This document shows, piece after piece, positions 1 to 6,953 of a stretch of 6,953 nt of DNA (the stretch's first letter is position 1; every line of letters starts with the position of its first letter). A model generated the notes under the pieces. It ran no database searches. It saw nothing but the letters and a program-made list of their open reading frames with translations, and was not told the origin of the DNA. The DNA is from Azolla caroliniana. Lineage: Eukaryota > Plantae > Polypodiophyta. The position numbers were made by a program, and so were the translations under genes. The DNA is taken from positions 1 through 6,953 of the forward strand of contig JBHGNT010001495.1 of assembly GCA_043228905.1 (NCBI GenBank), written 5' to 3'.

Positions 1-102
1 CAAGGGATGATGTGAAACTTTGGCTGAGGACACAATTTTTTCTCAAGTGAGTGTATTTTTACTCATTTGACATGGCTTTTAGATCGAACTAGTCCACACA
101 AC

Positions 103-149
103 ATAATGGGGCTACACAGTCATTTATGTTAACTACGGAGCCCCATTAT
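103..149. repeat. Inverted repeat / hairpin with 11-bp perfect arms
   Basis: ATAATGGGGCT (103-113) and AGCCCCATTAT (139-149), with partial further pairing inside the 25-nt spacer. Confidence 0.75.
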
Positions 150-425
150 TACTATTGTGAATAGGGCTATTGCATTTAGTGTTTGTGAGTCGGTTGAGAA
201 GTGTACTTGAAATCGTAGACAATTGACTTCTTATATTGCCTCAAACATTCCATCTTCATCTACATATATGGAGTGAGGTCACCAACCTCCTAATGATATG
301 TCATCACTTTCTACGAAAACGATTGTTGGGTCTCTTAGAATTCAACAACATATTGACGAGAAACTTGATCTCATCTCTCTTGCAAGACACACAAGATCAT
401 GTGAGGTTCAAATTCCAATTCTTGT

Positions 426-483
426 TCTCTCTCTCTCACTCTCTGACCTCCGAAGATGATAATACAGTCTATCTATCTATCTA
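426..483. repeat. Short simple repeats (TC)6 and (TCTA)4
   Basis: (TC)6 at 426-437; (TCTA)4 at 468-483. Confidence 0.85.
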
Positions 484-511
484 TTTCTCTGTCTTATTGT
501 AAGTTGTTTTT

Positions 512-545
512 GCAATGATTAGCTAGTTTATTCAATAATCATTGC
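512..545. repeat. Inverted repeat with 10-bp perfect arms and 14-nt loop
   Basis: GCAATGATTA (512-521) and TAATCATTGC (536-545). Confidence 0.7.
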
Positions 546-1281
546 GTAATCAATCTTAGTATGACTCTTACTGGAATCAAACCCTTAAAAACATAGTGAT
601 GTCGGTTTCACCTTAAGATCCCCCTTTCCACCCTTGTATTAGAGTAGAAAATCCTTGTTCCCCACATGTTGATGTTTACAACTTGCCCACATGATGTTGC
701 CAACATGTTTGGATTCTTATAAATGAATATTTGCAAAATATAGGGCTCCTTAATTGCCAATAAAAGTTTTGTAGAGTCCATAGACCAAAAGTTTGAGGGT
801 TCATGTTACATGGTTGCATGTGAGCCTTTCTACTCCACTCAAACATGTGTAGATATTGGTTAATGAATTAAATAAGGCTGATGAAGGAATGCTGAAAAGA
901 GTAATTATTTTGTTCCAAAACATAGAAGGCCACTTCATAGATAGTTTTGCTATCTACATATCTAAGCTTGTCTCCTTTCCTAAAAATCTTCGATTTAAAA
1001 AGAAGATGTAAACAAAGGAAGGTACCAAGCCTTGTTTTTATCACCATGAAATTTGATCCTCTTCTACAAGACATTTAGTCTTCCTAAAAAACCACAATAT
1101 AAAAAGAAGGGACCAAGCCATTGTCTTTACTAATAACTAACTTTACCAACGAAGAGAACAAATAATGTTGCAATAATTCCCCCATCAAGTATTCCTCCAA
1201 TTGTTTAGTCTTTTTGATTGAGTGTGAAACAAATTTCCCTTTGTGTTTCCCCTCTTGCACACGCCACACAACAATGAGACA

Positions 1282-1293
1282 TCCACTCCTATC
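1282..1293 (-). other. Candidate polypurine tract of the gypsy element, immediately followed by TGT (possible start of 3' LTR at 1281 on the minus strand)
   Basis: Minus strand reads GATAGGAGTGGA|TGTCTC (10 of 12 purines), about 135 nt downstream of the integrase remnant. Position and the TG junction fit a PPT, but no second LTR confirms it. Confidence 0.4.
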
Positions 1294-1428
1294 AAACCTA
1301 ACAATCCTCTAATATGTGCCAAAGTGTGGTGAGGACAATGCATTGGCTAGTAGTTAGTCTTCACATTTTTTTCCACCTAGATTGTCCTCATCATCTCCAA
1401 CAATCCATGCATTTGGGCACTCATCTTG

Positions 1429-2480
1429 TTAATTCTTGAAAACTTTGACCTTCTTTCTCATAATGGGCACTTGAAGCTTTGTCTCATTGTGTTCAATCAG
1501 GTTATATGTAGCATCGTCATTGACTTTCTGATCTATCACCTTAGAGTTATGCTAGTTTACAAGGTTGCAGAATGTCGCATTTATAGTTATGCGAAACTAA
1601 CAAACACCTAGTCCTCTTCCTTTATTGATCTCAATCTCAACAAGTATTACTTCTCGAATAGCTCCTTATTCTTCTATCAATTTTCCCATAAACATCCAAT
1701 TTCTAACTCTGTATCTTCAAGCCATTTCTCAAGTTGTCAAATTCTAAAAGCAATAAGTTATTCTCTACTCATCTCATCAACCCATTGTACCATCGTCCAC
1801 GCAATGATTGTTTTCTCAAGGGCAATATCATAAGCTTTTTCCCATGCATAAGTTTCATTGGCATGTAACATGTTCGCATGCTACGAGTGACTAGTTATGT
1901 TTGGCCAAAGGGCATAGAGAAACTATCATGGCTATTTGCTTACTTTTCCATTGCAAGTTTTTATGAATGACTCCACAATATAGTTGTTCTTACTTACTAT
2001 TGGCCTCAAGATTATATGTCATTGTGAGAGAACATTTAACACCAATTACAATAAGATCTCTCATTCATCATCATCATCTAGCTCACCCCTATCTACCAAA
2101 GACCTTCCCTACAAATCCCTACCAACAATTGACATCTTTTATGCGAAATTACTCATTGAAGTAGTTAGCCTTATTTCTCAATGCTCCATCTTCAACCTGG
2201 TTTGTGAGATCATTCTTGGATAACACCAAATACTTCTTCTACCTTAACCATAAGGGCACCACTACAATATCAACCATTCACTTAAAATGTACTACAGGAG
2301 AATGAATTGGGCATCCCTCTTTGTGGTATACATTGGAGTGCATCTAGTAGCTCACACATTTCAACATATGTGTGACACGCCCTTATACATACCATGCCAT
2401 TAACACTTCCATGGAAGTGTTGGTGAATGTTTCCTCAATGCCTCACACCAGTCCACAAAATGTTATTTAATTTAAATAGC
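1429..2480 (-). pseudogene. Ty3/gypsy integrase remnant (zinc-binding region, DDE core, C-terminal domain)
   Basis: Minus-strand peptides: WHGMYKGVSH; VHFK*MVDIVVVPLWLR*KKYLVLSKNDLTNQVEDGALRNKA (first D at 2269-2271); VDRGELDDDDE (second D at 2091-2093); GVKCSLTMTYNLEANSK*E (E at 1987-1989, about 35 codons after D2, with a frameshift between); FLYALW; WVDEMSRE*LIAFRI*QLE; IKEED*VFV; VNDDATYNLIEHNETKLQVPIMRKKVKVFKN*. Confidence 0.9.
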
Positions 2481-2799
2481 ATAACATATTTCTCTTGGCT
2501 CTTTCATACCACTCTAAGTGGCATCCTTGTTCTTTTCTTTAGGTGTTTTTGCAAGTGCCCTTCATGCAAGAACTTATATTCCACCTTTGAATTTGACCTT
2601 CCTCCTTGAACCACGATTCTTCCAAAGTTATCGAACTCAAGATTTTCCAGCTCACGATGATTCTCCTTCTACCTCCCTTCTTTGAACTCAACAAGTACAT
2701 TCCCTTCCCTATCCTCAACAAGCACAAAGGGTGGATGCAAAGAAGCGAAGTTCCACCTATTGACCTTCTAAATTTGTTTCCTCTCCTTTATTTCTTGTG

Positions 2800-3200
2800 T
2801 AGGACAACATGTATGGCACATTGATTTATCTACCTTCCACATGACACATATCTAGGTTTAGGTTTATTGATTTGATCTACATTACCCACATTAGCACATC
2901 GATATCCAGGTTGGAGCACCCAAAGATTATTCCTAGAATAGGGAGGAAATATGTCTCCATAAATATTTTTGTGATAATAGGGCAATCCCTATCCACTTTA
3001 TTTGATGATAAGATCCCCCAGGGTTCTTTTTTCACTTGAAAATACCTACCTTGTCTCTCATTTAACACCTTTGCCTCATCTCAAACAACATACATATGTA
3101 CATCTCCACTTTTGGTTAATGGCTCACGTAATTTTGATTGGGCTCGTATTCACTATCACAAAGATTGGTGTTCCCTTTTCATAGTTGGTCTTTTGTAGTG
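2800..3200 (-). pseudogene. Ty3/gypsy RNase H domain remnant
   Basis: LQKTNYEKGTPIFVIVNTSPIKIT*AINQ (decayed VDTS/TDAS motif, D to N), then AKVLNERQGRYFQVKKEPWGI...IFMETYFLPILGII (decayed Y...K.EL..I and ETD motifs; includes track ORF 2877..3068), then MCHVEGR*INVPYMLS (decayed H..GK.N..AD.LS). Confidence 0.85.
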
Positions 3201-3410
3201 TCAAAGCTTCACGCAAGAATCCCTTATTTGCAACTTAAGCTCCTCAACCCATTTCAACTTTTTCCCTTCATTAAAACCCTGTATAGATGATTTGGAATGT
3301 CTATATGGTGTAGTATCCAATATGTGCTAGAATGCACATGCCTCCAAGAATAGTCTAACCTTTGTTCATCCCACACAAAGTGCCATAACAATTTTTTTAT
3401 TTTCCCAATG
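3201..3410 (-). pseudogene. Reverse transcriptase C-terminal (thumb/connection) remnant
   Basis: KVRLFLEACAF*HI..WILHHIDIPNHLYRVLMKGK resembles the gypsy VR.FLG...FY...I......A.PLY.LL.K motif. A decayed GHLCG-like motif lies at ~3370-3390. Confidence 0.7.
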
Positions 3411-4509
3411 TCTCGATTGATTTCCTTTAGGCTTTCCTTTAACTATAACGATGTTTCGATTTGCGAAGTTATCAAATAGAAGGCAATACCACAATACACA
3501 ACATGCTCGACAAGCTTGGATATGGTTTCCTAACTAGAAACCCAAGGGTCATAAATGGTCACATTCCTTTCCCCTTTCAAAAATCCGTCCCCTCGATCAT
3601 TAGGCATTCTATTTGTATCTATTGGATCAAGCGCATATGATCTAGAGCTCGACCTACACCATTCTCTCAAATTTAATTGTGCTTTGTTGCTCAACCAAAT
3701 ATTTGTCTTCATTGTTTCTTAGTGCTCTGTTACTTATCTTGTGTATTCACTATTTTCCAAGCGGTAGTTACCTACTACTCTTCTTCACCTAGACATTCAA
3801 TTGTTGATTCAATAGATTGCATATATTTCAAACAACGAAATGGTTGATTGGAATGATCTACTTTATCTAGCATTATCTATTAATTACTCCTAGTTAATAG
3901 GTTATACTTTTCAACAACATTATCAATGTTGTAAAGCTTTTTGTCTAGGTGCAAACCCAAGATCTCTAACTAAAACAATGAAGAGATTTTATATATGTAT
4001 TATTGACTACTCATAGTTCTTTGGTTGTATTACTAGAGAGCAATAATAAATACTATTGTTTTCTCGTTTTGAATTGTAGCAAAATTATCACACTATGAAG
4101 AGTTTTTAAATAATATCCATACACAACCATGAGGGCATTTTATTTGCTTTCTCATTGGTACCTTAAGGTATTATAGTTCGTACATTTCGACACCAATTAA
4201 TCCAAACATACCAAAACCTAGAAAAGGGGTTCTTTTCTTGAAGCGTTGTTAGTATGTGAGCATCAAATTCCAAGTACAAAGTCAATGTCAAGACTTCACA
4301 TTACGATACACTCCATAACATGATAAAGTGAAAGGAGGATAAAGGTTTCACAAGAAAAACAGTTAAAAATATTTTCTCATACTTTTAGTTTGAAATTGTG
4401 CATAAAAACATGGCATTGCACAACATCCCATCCATTGTCTCCTGACAAAATTAACCAAATTTCGACATCAATAGCAAATTCACAAATCTCTAGAACGCAG
4501 AAACTAAGT

Positions 4510-4845
4510 AAAGCTTAATTTAAAGAGATCATAAACACAATCAAGGCTCAGTTTAGAAAGCATTGATAGGGCATCCACAAAATCAATATTAATGTTAGTC
4601 TAAAGCTCAATCTAGAACATATTGAACTTGAGCACAAGCATTATCTAGATTCTAAACCTTGATATAAGAAATACATAAACACTATGTGGAGCTTAATTTA
4701 ATATTTGGATAGAAAAATAAAATACAAGGGTCACAAACCTCTACCTTAAATCAATCAATTGTTTAGGCTATATATCTTAAACTTGGTTTGAGAGTCTTGA
4801 TTTACACTAAGCACTTCTTCATGCAAATATCTAAAGCTCAATCTA
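4510..4845 (+). repeat. Dispersed 13-bp motif RRRGCTYARTYTA, five copies, including an exact 16-bp direct repeat
   Basis: AAAGCTTAATTTA 4510-4522; AAGGCTCAGTTTA 4543-4555; AAAGCTCAATCTA 4602-4614; GGAGCTTAATTTA 4688-4700; AAAGCTCAATCTA 4833-4845. TCTAAAGCTCAATCTA is exact at 4599-4614 and 4830-4845. Confidence 0.65.
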
Positions 4846-5751
4846 ACTTTTTTTGTTTAATAAAGCATGGGGGCTTGAACCTCTATCTGCAAAATACCTG
4901 AAATGCCAAGTATTTCTTTAGGTGAATTATCATATACAACACGGTAAAACATGAAAACACACTTAACCCAAATTAATACTAAACTAAAACAACAAAAAGT
5001 TCCCAAAAAAGCAAGGATGGACTTTGCATTCACGGACGTGGAAAGGGCAACTTGGGTGAGGGAAGAAAAATTAATCCCTTGGAAAGTTATGCTTGTATAG
5101 CTATTCGATCATTTATTGCATATATTTGAAAAGTGGCTCCATCTTATCAATTCCACTCATGTTAAGGCTAAAGCGCTTTGAATATAAGCATTTACAACTT
5201 CTTGTTAACTTCATTGATAAAGTTGGAAATGGATATTGAGATAGAAAAACACGTATGCATATCCCTAGTAAACTAGACACATATGGAACATATTTCATAA
5301 AGAATTATGGGACTTGTGAGCTTAGGGCTATGTAGCACAACATTTGACGTGTAGATGTCAATGATCAAAGCTTGGTTTCAAACCTACTTTATGCATGAAT
5401 ATAAATAAGAGAGGACGTGTCTTGAAGGGAATGGCGAGGGTAGTGAGCATTTTGTCTGGGCTAGTCAAACTATAGACAAATAATAACTATCATAGGAGAT
5501 TTGCACCTTAGAATCGAGGTAACATTAGCTTTTCGAGTTTTGTTTGAGTTGGCAACTCATGAGGAATAACCTCTCTTGCATTTTCATATGCCTAGGCCTT
5601 GCAAGTTGGCCCATGCAAAATTGTGGGTATGTGGGATACCCACTTCCCCACCCATGTGCACAATACAAAGACTTTTTTGTAAAGGGAAGAAGATATATAG
5701 TCTAGTTGGTGTGTACACCCAGGCCCTCCCTCATGTCTTTATTCTTTTAAA

Positions 5752-5764
5752 ACACACACACACA

Positions 5765-5797
<33 letters not shown>
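5752..5797. repeat. Compound microsatellite (AC)8(TC)15
   Basis: Direct read: (AC)8 at 5752-5767 abutting (TC)15 at 5768-5797. Confidence 0.97.
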
Positions 5798-5800
<3 letters not shown>

Positions 5801-6031
5801 GTGTTAATGTGTGTTTGCAATTCAACACAAAAGGAAAGAGCAAGTATGCTTTGCATACAACTCAAATCTAGACAAGAAGAAGAAAATAATTCTATCCAAT
5901 TTCCATGTAGACAAAAGGACTTTTGCTAGAAATGGGGCCTGGAGCTTTTGGTGATGGTCCAACCCATGATCCTTGACTTTTGTTCCGATGTATGTGGGCT
6001 TCATTACTGATCAAACTAGTCCCCTAATTCA

Positions 6032-6126
6032 GAACCATAGTATGAACCATGCATACCATTCGTGCATTCGTGTTCGAGAATGATTCAATCATTCGAGAAT
6101 GATAAACACTCTCGAAGAATGATAAA
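6032..6126. repeat. Clustered short repeats, probable hAT subterminal transposase-binding repeats
   Basis: GAACCAT x2 (6032-6038, 6044-6050); CATTCGTG x2 in tandem (6057-6072); TTCGAGAATGAT x2 (6073-6084, 6092-6103) plus variant TCGAAGAATGATAAA (6112-6126); palindrome GAATGATT-C-AATCATTC (6078-6094). Confidence 0.7.
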
Positions 6127-6323
6127 TACCATACTTTTGGATAAATGGTTTACTATAAGGTAAACATTTTTTCACGGAAAAAATTTTTTAAAAATTGCAA
6201 AAAAAAAACATATTACCTTCTTAATAACAATATGCTTTTTTTCGTAAATTCTAATAACAACTACCCAAAATGCCTAGTCTCCAAAAAAATCCTCAATGAG
6301 GTGTTACATCAAAACGAGCATTC

Positions 6324-6953
6324 CTAATCTTCATTCAAGGTGATATCATCATCTTCAAAATCATCATCCTCATCTTGTGCATTATCATCAAGATAAGACA
6401 TCACATTGGTGAGGCTCTCATTTTCATCAACTTCTTGTGCTTCTTGTTCACTTTGCAACACCAATAATCGTTCTTCATCATTTTCTTTCTCTATCATGTC
6501 AATAGTAACCTCAATAGGATTGAAACCTCTTTCTTTAATCCTCTTAAGAATACGAAGATTTGTGTGCAAAAAAACCAATTTTTGCACATGATTTGAACTC
6601 AATCTATTTCTCCTTTTAGTATGTATTAATGAAAATGTACTCCAATTCCTTTCACAAGACAATGCACTTGTACCTTGAGATAACACTCTAATTGCAAGTT
6701 TCTTCAAATTGGGTGTGCTTGCTCCAAACGTTTCCCACCATTTGATTGGTGTGCTTAATCTATTAGCATCCTTTGCAAATGGAACTTGAAACAAAGCTGA
6801 TGCTTGTTTCTATATGCATAAACTCATCTAACAAAGCATTTTGTAAAACTAAATTACCACTAGCATAAAGCATGACTGTTTTCATCCAGCCCATTTGTAA
6901 ATCATGATCTATTTCTTGATCATTTGTTGTCCATAATGGATGCAAGACATATC
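6324..6953 (-). pseudogene. hAT-superfamily transposase, C-terminal part including the dimerisation domain (Dimer_Tnp_hAT-like); 5'-truncated by the window edge; one frameshift near 6810
   Basis: ORF 6324..6794 encodes WWETFGASTPNLKKLAIRVLSQGTSALSCERNWSTFSLIHTKRRNRLSSNHVQKLVFLHTNL. This is the plant hAT C-terminal signature (WW...P.L..LA.R.LS...S...CER.WS....H.K.RNRL), and the third catalytic acidic residue E is in CERNWS. The upstream frame (6953 to ~6815) reads YVLHPLW...LLDEFM, resembling the hAT A.Y.L.P motif. The two frames are offset by one base. Stop TAG at 6324-6326 follows an acidic tail. Confidence 0.92.

Larger units (their letters stand above)
1..666 (+). mobile_element. Possible 3' part of an LTR (R/U5-like) from a separate retroelement
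   Basis: Non-coding stretch with hairpins, CT-rich and TCTA tracts followed by TTGTAA and T-rich sequence, ending in ...TTCCCCACA (CA terminus at 665-666). This is a compositional impression only; no PBS follows and no partner LTR is seen. Confidence 0.22.
1282..3410 (-). mobile_element. Degenerate Ty3/gypsy LTR retrotransposon internal region (pol remnant to candidate PPT)
   Basis: Manual minus-strand translation gives RT-thumb, RNase H and integrase motifs in the order RT-RH-INT, which is the gypsy order rather than the copia order. Numerous in-frame stops and frameshifts are present. No matching LTR pair was found by eye. Confidence 0.9.
6030..6953 (-). mobile_element. hAT DNA transposon, 3' portion (transposase end, AT-rich 3' region, subterminal repeats, probable terminus near 6030-6040)
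   Basis: Transposase at 6324-6953, A/T-rich tract at ~6140-6320, then clustered short repeats at 6032-6126 as expected for a hAT subterminal region. The exact TIR and 8-bp TSD cannot be confirmed because the other end lies outside the window. Confidence 0.8.

Noticed and set aside
236-1269. ORFs 236..502, 868..1074 and 1084..1269 as host genes
   Set aside because: They are short, show no recognisable motifs and partly run through simple repeats; consistent with chance ORFs in non-coding or LTR DNA.
1426-3184. Several 60-79 aa plus-strand ORFs (1426, 1967, 1984, 2427, 2606, 3002)
   Set aside because: They are antisense to the decayed gypsy pol; the His and Ser runs merely mirror the minus-strand (GAT)n acidic codons.
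3724-3735. tRNA-iMet primer-binding site (minus strand AAGTAACAGAGC versus TGGTATCAGAGC)
   Set aside because: Only 9/12 match and it lacks the essential TGG; not supportable as a feature and mentioned only as a hint.
3740-4140. 5' LTR partner of the region left of 1281 (ACACAACCATGAGGGCA at 4121-4137 resembles ACACAACAATGAGACA at 1266-1281)
   Set aside because: The similarity does not extend beyond about 16 bp by eye, so no LTR pair can be demonstrated.
4510-4845. CRISPR-like array interpretation of the repeated motif
   Set aside because: The repeats are too short (13 bp), spacing is irregular, there are no cas genes and the context is eukaryotic TE DNA.
5113-5298. 61-aa minus-strand ORF
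   Set aside because: No domain or TE motif was recognised in the frames I examined; length is within chance expectation.
5576-5929. 117-aa plus-strand ORF
   Set aside because: It runs through the (AC)n(TC)n microsatellite (HTHTHSLSLSLSL), has a TTG start and has no recognisable domain; spurious.
6145-6327. 60-aa Lys/Asn-rich ORF
   Set aside because: Product of the A/T-rich 3' non-coding region of the hAT element.
6406-6591. 61-aa plus-strand ORF
   Set aside because: Antisense shadow of the hAT transposase.

Overview
AT-rich, CpG-poor eukaryotic DNA, most likely from a land plant, that is dominated by transposable elements. No intact host gene is visible. Two elements are recognisable by manual translation. 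(1) A heavily decayed Ty3/gypsy LTR-retrotransposon pol on the minus strand (~3410 to ~1429). It shows RT thumb/connection, RNase H and integrase in gypsy order, with many stops and frameshifts, a candidate polypurine tract at ~1282-1293, and no recognisable protease or RT palm upstream. (2) The 3' part of a much better preserved hAT DNA transposon on the minus strand (~6030 to the window end). It has a transposase C-terminal/dimerisation region with one frameshift and a cluster of subterminal repeats. The remainder is unassigned non-coding DNA with microsatellites, short inverted repeats and a dispersed 13-bp motif at 4510-4845. Most short ORFs in the track are spurious. I found no convincing evidence of a novel biological system; the findings are TE-biology observations of modest interest. 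Family assignments rest on motif recall, not on database searches.
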